Source: Isurus oxyrinchus
Lineage: Eukaryota
DNA length: 64,000 bases
NCBI GenBank assembly: GCA_026770705.1
Contig: JANJGN010000724.1
Location: 124,001 to 188,000 of the forward strand
Direction: 5' to 3'
Part shown: piece by piece, positions 50,044 to 64,000 of the stretch
Numbering within the stretch: the first letter of the stretch is position 1
Layout: each line of letters opens with the position of its first letter
Translations under genes and position numbers: made by a program
The notes under the pieces: generated by a model
Database searches by the model: none
What the model was told of the DNA's origin: nothing
The model's input: only the letters and a program-made list of their open reading frames with translations

Positions 50044-50866
50044 ACTGGGGAATTTCAGTCTACTCTGTGGGGCAGGCATCTCCTGAATGGGGTCTTGAAC
50101 CCCAGAAAATTCTACAACATACTGACTCCCTGAGTTCGGGTGTGAAACCCACTGACCCACAGGAGAAACTCCTGGTTAATGACTGTCCATCAGTGAGCAG
50201 AAATATCACCACAGGGTCAGGACACAAAGCGTTAACAGTTCACCAACATCTCAAAACATGAGCTGCTCTGTCACTTTGATCCAACTTCCTCATTTTGTCT
50301 CACAGAGACACATCAACCCTTTCTCATTAAATACACAGAGGGAGCAGCACAGGAAGAGGTCATTCAGCCCAAGCAGAGCGTGTGGGCAGTTCCTCCCCAG
50401 GCGAGCAGTCAGACAGGTCCTGGGTAAGTAACGGAACGATTGGAATTCACTTCCACGACCAACACCGTCCTTTGTTGATGTTGTGACTTTATAAAGACAG
50501 ATTCCAATGATTGATGCCTTTGAAAGATTTCTATGATTATTGAGATCTGGGTGTGAGGCTCAAGTCTGTTGTACAGAAAATCTTTCTAGCTCAAGGGATG
50601 AGGGAACTGTAGATACTTTGGGATGCCCTGATGTGGTGAATGGTGCTATAGAAATGCAAGTCCTTTGTTGTTTTTCATTCTTAAAGCCTTGTAACTCTCT
50701 GCAGAACACCTATCATCCCACAGAGAATCAAATTATTCTGTGAAGACATTGTCTAAGAGCATTTCTGATCTCTCGAGAGCTGGTGGACAAGAGGTGAGGT
50801 CTCATTAACTCCTTTCCCTTTCAGAGTTTCAGAGTGAGAAGCTGATGAAATATCTGGGAGTGGATA

Positions 50867-53800
50867 ATGATTGGAAAATCTTACTTCCTCCTGTCACTTC
50901 TCCAAGGTAATATCATCGACAGCTCGGTCAGATTTATGGTTAATAGCCTTTGTAAAAGATCATTCTTATTGAACTGTGATTGGGAACCGATTCAGCAGTG
51001 AGCCAGTGTACAAACTCACACCAAGTCCCATTCACCTATCAACCCTAAACTATCTGACTCCTGGTCCTACAACATCTCAAACTTAAAATTCACATCTCTT
51101 TGTTCAAATGCATCCATTGCCTCACACTGCCTCCTTATCTCTGTAACCTCCTGCAACTCTCCCAACCAACGTCCCAGATCTCTGTGTTACTCCAATTCCG
51201 GCCTCTTGACAATCCCCCGATTCCCATCACTCCAATACTGGCGGCCGGACCTTCAGCTGCCTGGGGCCTGAGCTCTGGAATTCACTCCCTAAAGCTCGGG
51301 ATGTAGGAGATCAGAGGGTTTCATTTTACTGAGAATCACCACGACAACATCACAGCTGCAGTCAGAATAGACAGAGAGTCCAGCCCTCGCACTTCCTGCA
51401 CAGTTTCACCATAGCAACCACAATAAGGAAGTAAAATAACTGAAAGTTAAACCGAAGCTCAACCAGTCAGTGTAGAGAGATGAGATATTTACACAGTTTC
51501 CCTGTGTGTCTTGTAGACACTGTGTTGGGTGGAAGACTGGCTTCACTAAACAGGGTCCTGAGGACCATGAGCCAATGTAGAATGAACTTGTCCATTCCTG
51601 TGTCCAGGATTCTCTTCTATCCATTGTGAAACACTGGGGAGATCCCTGTGTGTCCTGTAGATGGTCCACACTGCAGCCACTGTGCCCCAGTGATGGAGGG
51701 GTTGGATATCGAGTCTAGTGGATCTACAAACCATCCAGAGTTAAATATTGATACTTCTCTCCCCAGTTGGACTGTCACAAGAGTGGAAAGGTGACAGTCC
51801 ACGAGAGGTGACAGCGCAGGAAGGTTCGTGTGTACAGATTCCATGTCATTACAGTTATCCATCACATTTGGAAAATCAACCGCGAGGTGAAGTCTGGTTT
51901 AATAATGAGAATCAGATTCCCTGGGCTCCCATTGCCTTTCACTCCAAGGATCACAGTCACGAGTTACCATGGTTCCACCATCGGACCCGGCTGTCTGGAG
52001 ACCTGAAAGATGGCGACTGTTCCCTGATTATAAACAACATCAGATGGGAAGATGCAGAACCTTATTTTTTCAGAATAAAATTTGACAATGGTCGAGCCAT
52101 AACTATTACCCTGTAACCCAGCTTCATGTTTCTGGTAAGTGCTGTGTTATAATTACTCAACAATTCACATTCAACACTCAATGGGAAATAACACAAAGTG
52201 TGACGTTTACATATTAACACAAAACACAGCTTATTATAACACACTGTCTGATTCTCAATAACCTGGTGATAGCTTCCAGTTCAGTCCGAAAGCAACGTCT
52301 AATACTCACTTTAATATCAATGATGAAAAGCATTAACTGTATTATCAGGTTATCCACTCCCATCAATCTCTCCTGTCCTGTTTAAAAGTCTGACGTATCG
52401 ATAAAAGAAAGATGTGCATTTCTGCAGCGCAATTTACCACCTCAGGAGGATCCAAATCCATTCACAGCCAATGAAATTATTCCTGAATTGTAGTCACAGA
52501 TGTTAAACACAGCAGGCAGTTTGTGCACAGCAAGATCCAACAAACACAATGTAATAAATCACCCAGATCACTGAGGAAATGAGAAGCCAGTGAACTCAAA
52601 CCTCTGGTCTGATGAAGAGTCATACGGACTCGAAACGTTAACCCTGTCTTCCTCTCCACTGATCCTGTCAGACCTGCTGAGTCTTTCCAGCAATTTTTGT
52701 TTTTGTTTCAGATTTCCAGCATCCACAGTATTCTGCTTTTAACTCCAATCTCTGGTCTGAGCCTCTTCTCTCATCCAGTGTTCTCAATTCACATGTCTCG
52801 GAGTGAACGTGTATTAAGCTGAGAGACAGAAACACTACTGCCAAAGAGCAAGAAAATCTTTCCTGATCATTGTAACCTCTCAGTTCTGATATCATCCTTG
52901 TAAAAGTGCTTTCTCTTGTGGGACTGTGATTTCTATTTGAACTGATGCTTCACGTTATATTTGTCTAAAAGGATCCATTCTCTGTCTGTTAGATTTCACA
53001 GATAAACCCACGATATTCCCTGCTGAAATTATTGCAGGAAAGCGTGTGGATGTAAGCTGCACCTTCAACACAACGTGCAATGGAACAGCAGCACCTGTCT
53101 TAACCTGGGACACTCCCACTGACGTCCCTGGATCACTCTCAAACACTGTAACTTAGCATGGTGTCACTCTGACCTATACTTCTGTTCTGACCCTGATCCC
53201 ATCACTCAAACACCACGGACACACTCTCAGCTGCAGAGTGAGATATCCATCTGTTTCATCGGAGCGGACCCTCGTACTAACTGTGCAAGGTAATTACATA
53301 CACCTTTCATTCTACATCAGCACTCGCTCAGCGCTGACCCTCTGACAGTGCAGCCCATTCTCAGTATCCACATTCTAAGGCCTCTCTAAGTGCTTCAAAG
53401 TCGATAGAAGTTAATTGATCTTTATATGATTATTGCTGAATGAAGAGACAAGCTGTCTAAACTTTACATCTCGCACACACCATTCTCCATGGCAACACCT
53501 CCACCTATCAGAGACCACTTGCCAACCAATCAGCACTCTCTTCCCATTAAGTATAAATTGTTGTTCACTTTCTGTTGGTAATCCTGTGAACGGGCTTCTT
53601 GATTCCTGCCATGACATCTGAATGTCCAAATGAACAGAACAAGTTCCAAAAATTAGCTGTGATTGGTGATTCCTCACGTTACATCCAGGGACACTGGAGA
53701 CTATCAGTGTGTGGCAGAGAATGAACATGGAGCAGTGGATGGGTTCATAACCATCACTGTGGAACTTGAGTTATAGAGACTTCAATATCTCTCTCAGATT

Positions 53801-55574
53801 TGAACACTACACAAACACCATCGAACATACACAACTAAATAGACACAAGCAGACACACATATATGACCACACACAAAGACACACTCACACACAAACACTA
53901 ACACTCACTCCCTCATGGGTTACCTGACCTCCCTCAGTACTGCACTGGAGAGTTGGCCTGAATTCTGGGATTTGTGTTCCCATTCATATTTATGGAAGAA
54001 TATGGAAATTACTATTACAGACACTCAGATGCATAGAGGCTCTCACAGATACTCTCTGCGTCTCCAACTCTCTCTCTCCCTTTAAGAAGCTTCCTGAAAC
54101 CTAACCCTTTGACGAATCACCAACCCAACTCTTCCTTATCTGATTCTGTGTGATTTTCTTTGTGAATCTGAGAGTAAGAGAGAGTTGGAGAGGTTTAGGA
54201 AGAGAATTCCTGCTGGTGAAAAGCTTACATAGTGTTCTCACTATTTCCGTGCACATAATTCCCATTATGTCCACTGCCCCTGTTTATAATGATGACTGCC
54301 TATGTAAACGTCACACTGTAGTTACAGTCTCCCACCAGTGGTGGCATTGTAGCCCTTAATCCTTGTGTTTCCCAGCTTTCCCAGCAACTCTACTTCCCAG
54401 TTTGCTACACAAGCTGTGAGTTCATCGGAATTCAATTATTTCTCAAACGGTAGATTTGATGTCATTTTATTGAAAACTTCCTCAGTGCCTCCCTGAAGGG
54501 TTTACACTCTCCGGGAAGCAGGAATAGGCTGGATGTTGGGGAGTTCATCTTTTCCCAGAGAGTAGTGATCTTCGGGAATGTGCTGTCAGTGGGTGTGGTG
54601 GTTGCTGTTTCTCTGTCACCTTCAAGAGGGATCTGGAGTGGTTACTGACTGGGGGAGAGATCATGGAAGCGGAGAATGGTACAGCACAGGAGGAGGCCAT
54701 TCAGCCCATTGAGCCTGTGCCAGGTCTTTCAATGTTCTATCCCATCAGATCCACTAACCACCACTCCACTTTGCCCCCATCTTCCTCCTTCAAGTGTTTA
54801 TCCAATTTCCCTTTTGAAAGTTCCTATTGAATCTGCTTCCACCTCCCTTTCAGGCAGCACCTTCCAGATGACAACAACTCGCTCTGTCAAAACAAATTCT
54901 CCTCAACTCCCCCTCCGGTTTGTCAATCTGTGTCCCTCTGGTTACCGACCCTCCTGCCCCTTAAATACATCGATACTGTTCACCTCAACCACTCCCTGTG
55001 GGAGCGAGTTCCACATTCTCCCATCCCTCTGGGTAAAGATTGGAACTGTTTATTAAGTGGGGTGTGTAAGTCCGTGGGGGAGTCCATCTCGATCCTGCCT
55101 GATTCGCACACACGTCTGAGATGGATTTCCACCCTGCACTAAACGTTTCCAGAATTTTCTACAGCACAATCCTGTACACAGCGATGGAGAGAAACATTGG
55201 ACAGAGAGTCCAACAGCACAATGATCCATTCTCACCAATGTTCCACGCTAAGGGGAAAGTTCCGATTGTCCACTCTTAGAGTGTTTACAGTGAAAACATT
55301 CATTCCACATTGAATCCCAGTGGATGGGTCAATATTACAGCAAATGTTGCAGTGATATGAAGCTTGATTGTTCAGCCAGAGTGAGAGATTGAAAGCGGAG
55401 AGTCAGTGATGATTTCTTTCTGTGTGTTCTCTAGACAGTGGAGGAGAGATTCTGCACGTGATCCTGATCCTGGGAATACGAGCTGTGATATTCCTTGTGG
55501 CTGTGGTTATCATTATCGCTGGAGTCTGTGTCTGGGAGAGACAAACAGTGAAAGGACGTCGACAGACTGTTTAA
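50867..55574 (+). pseudogene. Siglec-like copy C pseudogene (signal 50867-50906, V 51767-52134, C2 52993-53289, half domain 53613-53765, TM 55435-55574)
   Basis: 1-nt deletion near the V-exon end (~52092), CAG>TAG at 53154-53156, third domain 5'-truncated with its donor mutated GT>TT. Confidence 0.9.
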
Positions 55575-56899
55575 AGCTTTGTACAGCAACAATCTCATCA
55601 TGGAACAGAAGGACGGCATTTGGCCCATCGACTCCATGCTGTCTCTCTGTAAAGCAATCCAGTCAGTCCCATTCCCCCGCTCTATCCCCGTATCCATGCG
55701 AGTTTATTTCCCCTCAAGTGTCCATCCAATTTCCTTTTGAAATCCTTCATCGTCTCCGCTTCCACCATCCTCGTAGGCAGCGAGTTCCAGCTCATTACCA
55801 CTCGCTGTGTAAAAAAGTTCCTCCTCAAATCCCCCCACTGCCCAAAACCTTCAATCTGTGTCCCCCAGTCCTTGTACCATCAGCTAATGGCAACAGCTTC
55901 TCTTTGTCTGCCTTATCTAAACCCATCATCATCTTGTACACCTCGATCAGATCCCCCCTCAATCTCCTTTGCTCCAAGGAGAACAACCCCAGCTTCTCCA
56001 ACCCAACCTTGTAGCTAAAATCCCTCATCCCTGGACCCATTCTGCTCAATCTCCTCCCCACCCTCTCAAGGACCCTCACTTCCTTCCCAAAGTGAGGAGA
56101 CCAGAACTGGGCACAATACTCTAGTTGTGACCTAACCAGAGCTTTATAAATGTTCAGCATAACCTCCCTGTGTTTGTTCTCAATCCCTCGATTTATGAAA
56201 AGCTTATTCTTTCCATCAGCACAAACAGCAATTTCCAAGCGGACTCCCATCAGCAGACAGAGTGCAATGAAACATCGGCATGCCTGCTTCTTAATGTACG
56301 GAGAGAAACCTGGAACGAGAGATTCTCCTTCTTCTCCTCAGCAAGCTGAAACTTTTCCTTATACCTGGTGCTCCCCAGTCCTGCTGTGTGGACACATCAT
56401 AACCACGGCATTGTCTGGCTGTGTGCAGCCAACATGGTCAAATAGGAATGAACAGAAATGTGACGTTGCTAAACTCTGTTCTCTGATTGGAATGTGCTTT
56501 CTGAATGCTGCACCTTTTTCATGCTGCGATAGATTGTAAGAAGCATTTGGGTTATGAATAAAATTACATTGATTTACTCAAGTGGTTAAAATGTTCAGCC
56601 TGTTCTGTAAATATTTATCGATTAAAATTCTTATTTTGCTGCCAAATTCTTGCCTCAAAGACAAAGCTTCTTGTTGTCACATTTTCTCTATCATATGAAT
56701 TCCTGTGCCCATCTTTATAATAGAAATTTCCAATGTAAACATGTCACATTGTAGTTGCACACTCCTGTCAGTGGTGGTGCCATTCCAAAGCTGTCTTGCT
56801 GCACAGACACAGTGAGAATTATTCTTGACGTGTACATGATGTTGTTGTTACACAGACATCAGGCGGAATCTTGGGCAGTGCCTAGAATGCACTTAGGAC

Positions 56900-58900
56900 A
56901 GCGCAGACCACACTCAGAACTGACAGTGCAGCGTTTCCTCAGTGCTGACCCTCCGTCAGTGCAGCGCTCCCTCATTACTGTCTCTCTGACAGTGCTGCAC
57001 TACCTCATTATTGACCCTTTTCAAGTGCTTCACCCCGTCAGCATTGACCTTCTGACCGTGCAGGATTCCCTCATGGCTGACAATCTGACAGTGCAACACT
57101 CCCTGAATATTGACCCTCTGATACTGTAACCCTCCATCACTAATGACTTTCCAACAGTTCAGCACTCCCTAGGTACAGACACTCTGACAGGGCAGCATTC
57201 CCTCAGTATTCAAACTCCCACTATGCAGCTGTCCCTCAGTATTCTCACCCCCACAGTGCAGCACTCCCTCAGTACTCTCCCTCCCACAGTGCAGTACTCC
57301 CTCAGTACTCACCCTCCCAAAGTACAGCACTCCCTCAGTACTCACCCTCCCACAGTGCAGCACACCCTCAGTACTCACTCTCCCACAGTGCAGCACACCC
57401 TCAGTACTCACCCTCCCACAGTGCAGCACTCCATCAGTACTCACCCTCCCAAAGTGCAGCACTCCCTCAGTACTCACCCTCCCACAGTGCAGCACTCCCT
57501 GAGTACTCACCCTCCCACAGTGCAGCACACCCTTAGTCCTCACCCTCCCACATTGCAGCACTCCATCAGTACTCACCCTCCCAAAGTGCAGCACTCCCTC
57601 AGTACTCACCCTCCCACAGTGCAGCACTCCATCAGTACTCACCCTGCCACAGTGCAGCACTCCCTCAGTACTCCCCCTCCCACAGTGCAGCACACCCTCA
57701 GTACTCACCCTCCCACAGTGCAGAACTCCATCAGTACTCACCCTCCCACAGTGCAGCACTCCCTCAGTACTCACCCTCCCACAGTGCAGCACTCCCTCAG
57801 TACTCACCCTCCCGCAGTGCAGCACTCCCTCAGTACTCACCCACCCACAGTGCTGCACTCCCTCAGTACTCACCCTCCCACAGTGCAGCACTCCCTCAGT
57901 ACTCACCCTCCCACAGTGCAGCACACCCTCAGTAGTCACCCTCCCACAGTGCAGCACTCCCTCAGTACTCACCCTCCCACAGTGCAGCACACCCTCAGTA
58001 CTCACCCTCCCACAGTGCTGTGCGAGTTGTTTAAATCAAGACTGATGCCCAAATAGGGAGGTTTCAATGCTAAATCATTGAAATCCGTGAAAATTATTTT
58101 TAGGCTGAGGGGAACAAGACTTAGTTCCTCATATCCTTTCTTTAGCAATAACACACAGTACAAGAATCTCTGTTTAAATAAATTCCAGTTAAACTTTGCC
58201 ATGAAAGGATATATTCTCACACTCCGCTCTCCCTCAGTACTAACCCTCCCACAGTCCGGCACCCCCTCAATACTGACCCTCCGACTGTGCAAATCTCACT
58301 CAGTACAGACCCGCTGACAGTTCAGCACTCCCTCATTACTGACCCTCTGACAGTGCAGCACTCCCACATTACTGTCCCTCTGACAGTGCAGCACTCCCAC
58401 ATTACTGACCTTCTGACAGTGCAGCACTCCCTCAGTACTGATCCTCCAACATTGCAGCATTCCTTCACTACTGGCCCTCTGACAGTGCAGCACCCCCACA
58501 TTACTGACCCTCTGATAGTGCAGCAGACCCTCAGTACTGACCCCACTAACAGTGCAGCACTCGCTCAGTACTGACCTTCCCACAGTGCAGCACTCCCTCA
58601 GTACTATACTCCTGACAGTGAAGCACTCCCTTATTAATGACCCTCTTCCAGTGCAGCACTCCCACATTACTGACCCTCTGACAGTGCAGCACTCCCACAT
58701 AACTGTCCCTCTGACAGTGCAGCACTCCCTCAGTACTGACCCTCCGACATTGCAGCAATCCTTCACTACTGGCCCTCTGACAGTGCAGCAATCCCACATT
58801 ACTGACCTTCTGATAGTGCAGCACTCACTCAGTACTGACCCTCACACAGTGCAGCACTCTCTCAGTACTATACCCCTGACAGTGCAGCACTCCTTCAGTA
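56900..58900 (+). repeat. 33-bp minisatellite arrays (actcaccctccc variant at 57250-58020), split by about 200 bp of AT-rich sequence
   Basis: Tandem units. Confidence 0.95.
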
Positions 58901-59712
58901 ATGATATCAGGGATTGTCAATATGTATCATACGGCCAGAGACCTGTATTGGGAAGTCTATCGCCTGCGCTTCAGCTCTGAGATGAGGGGGAGGGGTCTAA
59001 TCCCACGGAGCCAATGGAGAAGCTTGATGACTACAGCTGCCCAAATATGAGCTGACAGATCATCACATGGTAAACGTTTTGCTGAGAGCACAAAACATCC
59101 TCGATCTTCTCACTGATTACCCACTTCCCCATTTTGTCTCCCAGAGACACATCAACCCTTTCTCATTAAACACACAGAGGGAGCAGCACAGGAAGAGGTC
59201 ATTCAGCCCAAGCAGAGCGTGTGGGCAGTTCCTCCCCAGGCGAGCAGTCGGACAGGTCCTGGGTAAGTAACGGAACGATTGGAATTCACTTCCACCACCA
59301 ACATCGTCCTTTGTTGATGTTGTGACTTTATAAAGACAGATTCCAATCTTTGACGCCTTTGAAAGATTTCTACTGATTATTGAGATCTGGGTGTGAGACT
59401 CAAGTCTGTCGTACAGAACATCTTTCTAGCTCAAGGGATGAGGGAAGTGCAGAGACATGAGCTTTGGGACATCCTGAGGTGGTGAAAGGTGCTATGGAAA
59501 TGCAAGTCCTTCATTGTTTTTCCTTCTTAAAGCCTTGTAACTCTCTGCAGAACACCTATCATCCCACAGAGAATCAAACTATTCTGTGAAGACATTGTCT
59601 AACAGCAGATCTGATCTCTCGAGAGCTGTTGGACAAGAGGTGAGATCTCATTAACTCCTTTCTCTTTCAGAACTTCAGAGTTAGAAGCTGAGGAAATATC
59701 TGGGAGTGGACA

Positions 59713-62137
59713 ATGATCGGGAAATCTTACTTCCTCCTGTCACTTCTCCAAGGTAATATCATTGTCAGCTCGGACAGATTTATGGTGAATAGTCTTTGTA
59801 AAAGATCATTCTTATTGAGCTGTGATTGGGAACTGATTCAGCAGTGAGGCAGTGTACAAACTCACACCAAGTCCCATTCACCCATCACCCCTAAACTATC
59901 TGACTCCTGGTCCTACAACATCTCAAACTTAAAATTCACATCTCTTTGTTCAAATGCATCCATTGCCTCACACTGCCTCCTTATCTCTGTAACCTCCTGC
60001 AACTCTCCCAACCAACGTCCCAGATCTCTGTGTTACTCCAATTCCGGCCTCTTGACCATCCCTCGATTCCCATCACTCCAATACTGGCGGCCGGGCCTTC
60101 AGCTGCCTGGGGCCTGAGCTCTGGAATTCACTCCCTAAACCTCGGGATGTAGGAGATCAGAGGGTTTCATTTTACTGCAAATCACCACGACTACATCACA
60201 GCTGCAGTGAGAATAGACAGAGAGTCCAGCCCTCACACTTCCTGCACAGTTTCACCATAGCAACCTAATAAGGAAGTAAAATAACTGAAAGTTAAACCGA
60301 AGACAAACCAGTCAGTTTAGAGAGATGAGATGTTTACACAGTTTCCCTGTGTGTCTTGTAGACACTGTGTTGGGTGGAAGACTGGCTTCACTAAACAGTG
60401 TCCTGAGGACCATGAGCCAATGTAGAATGAAGTTGTCCACTCCTGTGTCCAGGATTCTCTTCCATCCATTATGAAACCTTGGGGAGTTCCATGTGTGTCC
60501 TGTAGATGGTCCACACTGCAGCCACTGTGCCCCAGTGATGGAGGGAGTGGATATCGAGTCTAGTGGATCTACAAACCATCCAGAGTTAAATATTTGATAT
60601 TTCTCTCCCCAGTTGGACTGTCACAAGAGTGGAAAGGTGACACTCCACGAGAGGTGACAGCGCAGGAAGGTTCGTGTGTACAGATTCCATGTCATTACAG
60701 TTATCCAGCACATTTGGAAAATCAACCACGAGGTGGACTCTGGTTTAATAATGAGACACAGATTCCCTGGGCTCCCATTGCCTTTCACTCCAAGGATCAC
60801 AGTCACGAGTTACCACGGTTCCGCCATCGGACCCGGCTGTCTGGAGACCTGAAAGATGGCGACTGTTCCCTGATTATAAACAACATCAGACGGGAAGATG
60901 CAGGACCTTATTTTTTCAGAATAGAATTTGACAATGGTCCGAGCCATAACTATTACCCTGTAACCCAGCTTCACGTTTCTGGTAAGTGCTGTGTTATAAT
61001 TACTCAACAATTCACATTCAACACTCAATGGGAAATAACACAAACTGTGACGTTTACATATTAACACAAAACACAGCTTATTATAACACATTGTCTGATT
61101 CTCAATAACCTGGTGATGGCTTCCAGTTCAGTCCTAAAGCAACCTCTAATACTCACTTTAATATCAATGATGAAAAGCATTAACTGTATTATCAGGTTAT
61201 CCACTCCCATCAATCTCTCCTGTCCTGTTTAAAAGTCTGACGTATCGATAAAAGAAAGATGTGCATTTCTGCAGCGCAATTTACCACCTCAGGAGGATCC
61301 AAATCCCTTCACAGCCAATGAAAGTATTCCTGAATTGTAGTCACAGATGTAAAACACAGCAGTCAGTTTGTGCACAGCAAGATCCAACAAACCACAATGT
61401 AATAAATCACCCAGATCACTGAGGAAATGAGAAGCCAGTGAACTCAAACCTCTGGTCTGATGAAGAGTCATACGGACTCGAAACGTTAACCCTGTCTTCC
61501 TCTCCACTGATACTGTCAGACCTGCTGAGTCTTTCCAGCAATTTTTGTTTTGGTTTCAGATTTCCAGCATCCACAGTATTCTGCTTTTAACTCCAATCTC
61601 TGGTCTGAGCCTCTTCTCTCATCCAGTGTTCTCAATTCACATGTCTCGGAGTGAACGTGTATTAAGCTGAGAGACAGAAACACTACTGCCAAAGAGCAAG
61701 AAAATCTTTCCTGATCATTGTAACCTCTCAGTTCTGATATCATCCTTGTAAAAGTGCTTTCTCTTGTGGGACTGTGGTTTCTATTTGAACTGATGCTTCA
61801 CGTTATATTTCTCTAAAAGGATCCATTCTCTGTTTGTTAGATTTCACAGATAAACCCATGATATTCCCTGCTGAAATTATTGCAGGAAAGCGTGTGGATG
61901 TAAGCTGCACCTTCAACACAACGTGCAATGGAACAGCAGCACCTGTCTTAACCTGGGACACTCCCACTGACGTACCTGGATCAGTCTCAAACACTGTAAC
62001 TCAGCATGGTGTCACTCTGACCTATACTTCTGTTCTGACCCTGATCCCATCACTCAAACACCACGGACACAATCTCAGCTGCAGAGTGAGATATCCATCT
62101 GTTTCATCGGAGCGGACCCTCGTACTAACTGTGCAAG
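59713..62137 (+). CDS. Siglec-like copy D, open through join(59713..59752,60613..60981,61841..62137); 3' end unresolved
   Basis: Signal, V (YFFRIE retained) and C2 exons are intact with canonical splice sites. Third domain is only a 3' half (62461-62613); no TM exon precedes the junction at ~63952. Confidence 0.75.
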
Positions 62138-64000
62138 GTAATTACATACACCTTTCATGCTACATCAGCACTCCCTCAGCGCAGACCCTCTGACAGTGCA
62201 GCCCATTCTCAGTATCCACATTCTAAGGCCTCTCTAAGTGCTTCAAAGTCGATAGAAGTTAATTGATCTTTATATGATTATTGCTGAATGAAGAGACAAG
62301 CTGTCTAAACTTTACATCTCGCACACACCATTCTCCATGGCAACACCTCCACCTATCAGAGACCACTTGCCAACCAATCAGCACTCTCTTCCCATTAAGT
62401 ATAAATTGTTGTTCACTTTCTGTTGGTAATCCTGTGAACGGGCTTCTTGATTCCTGCCATGACATCTGAATGTCCAAATGAACAGAACAAGTTCCAAAAA
62501 TTAGCTGTGATTGGTGATTCCTCATGTTACATCCAGGGACACTGGAGACTATCAGTGTGTGGCAGAGAATGAACATGGAGCAGTGGATGGGTTCATAACC
62601 ATCACTGTGGAACGTGAGTTACACAGACTTCAACATCTCTCTCAGATTCGAACACGACACAAACACCATCGAACATACACACCTAAATAGACACGTGCAG
62701 ACACACATATATGAACACACACAAAGACACACTCACACACAAACACTAACACTCACTCCCTCATGGGTTACCTGACCTCCCTCAGTACTGCACTGGAGAG
62801 TTGGCCTGAATTCTGGGATTTGTGTTCCCATTCATATTTATGGAAGAATATGGAAATTACTATTACAGACACTCAGATGCATAGAGACACTCACAGATAC
62901 TCTCTGCATCTCCAACTCTCTCTCTCCCTTTAAGAAGCTTCCTGAAACCTAACCCTTTGACGAATCACCAACCCAACTCTTCCTTATCTGATTCTGTGTG
63001 ATTTTCTTTGTGTATCTGAGAGTAAGAGAGAGTTGGAGAGGTTTAGGAAGGGAATTCCTGCTGATGAAAAGCTTACATAGTGTTCTCACTATTTCCGTGC
63101 ACATAATTCCCATTATGTGCAATGCCCCTGTTTGTAATGATGACTGCCTATGTAAACGTCACGGTGTAGTTACAGCCACCCACCAGTGGTGGCATTGTAG
63201 CCCTTAATCCTTGTGTTTCCCAGCTTTCCCAGCAACTCTACTTCCCAGTTTGCTACACAAGCTGTGAGTTCATCGGAATTCAATTATTTCTCAAACGGTA
63301 GATTTGATGTCATTTTATTGAAAACTTCCTCAGCGCATCCCTGAAGGGTTTACACTCTCCGGGAAGCAGGAATAGGCTGGATGTTGGGGAGTTCATCTTT
63401 TCCCAGAGAGTAGGGATCCTCGGGAATGTGCTGTCAGTGGGTGTGGTGGTTGCTGTTTCTCTGTCACCTTCAAGAGGGATCTGGAGTGGTTACTGACTGG
63501 GGGAGAGATCATGGAAGCGGAGAATGATACAGCACAGGAGGAGGCCATTCAGCCCATTGAGACTGTGCCAGGTCTTTCAAAGTTCTATCCCATCAGATCC
63601 ACTAACCACGACTCCACTTTGCCCCCATCTTCCTCCTTCAAGTGTTTATCCAATTTCCCTTTTGAAAGTTCTTATTGGATCTGCTTCCACCTCCCTTTCA
63701 GGCAGCACCTTCCAGATCACAACAACTCATTCTGTCAAAACAAATTCTCCTCATCTCCCCCTCCAGTTCGTCAATCTGTGTCCCTCTGGTTACCGACCCT
63801 CCTGCCCCTTAAATACATCGATACTGTTCACCTCAACCACTCCCTGTGGGAGCGAGTTCCACATTCTCCCCTCTCTCTGGGTAAAGATTGGAACTGTTTA
63901 TTAAGCGGGGGGTGTAAGTCCGTGGGGGAGTCCATCTCAATCCTGCCCGATTGAGCCAGTGAGCCAGTGTACAAACTCACACCAAGTCCCATTCACCCAT

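Noticed and set aside
57250-58020. Many cacagtg heptamers resembling RSS
   Set aside because: They are part of the minisatellite variant; there is no nonamer at 12/23 spacing and no adjacent gene segment

Overview
Repeat-rich vertebrate genomic DNA. The LINE, SINE and 33-bp minisatellite content looks like a cartilaginous fish (shark), but that assignment is inference. The main content is a birth-and-death cluster of Siglec-like (sialic-acid-binding Ig-like lectin) receptor genes. Copy A (34801-42770, +) is complete: signal peptide, V-set domain with the essential Arg, two C2-type domains, an Arg-containing transmembrane segment and a 12-aa tyrosine-free tail (375 aa). This is the architecture of an activating, Siglec-14-like receptor. 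Copies B (45.1-49.2 kb) and C (50.3-55.6 kb) are pseudogenes. Copy D (59.1-64 kb) has intact signal, V and C2 exons, but before any TM exon it joins the intron of a further copy. Copies E (minus strand) and F (plus strand) are V-less fragments forming a head-to-head inverted duplication at 24.7-31.5 kb. A more distant MAG/Siglec-like gene at 7.1-8.3 kb is broken by Gypsy sequence just before the Arg position. Differences between paralogs concentrate in a 30-codon patch of the V domain, and most unit boundaries fall in arrays of one 33-bp minisatellite. The remainder is CR1/L2-type LINE fragments, SINEs, solo LTRs, a Harbinger-like MITE, simple repeats and two assembly gaps. Most long ORFs in the track are artefacts of these repeats.
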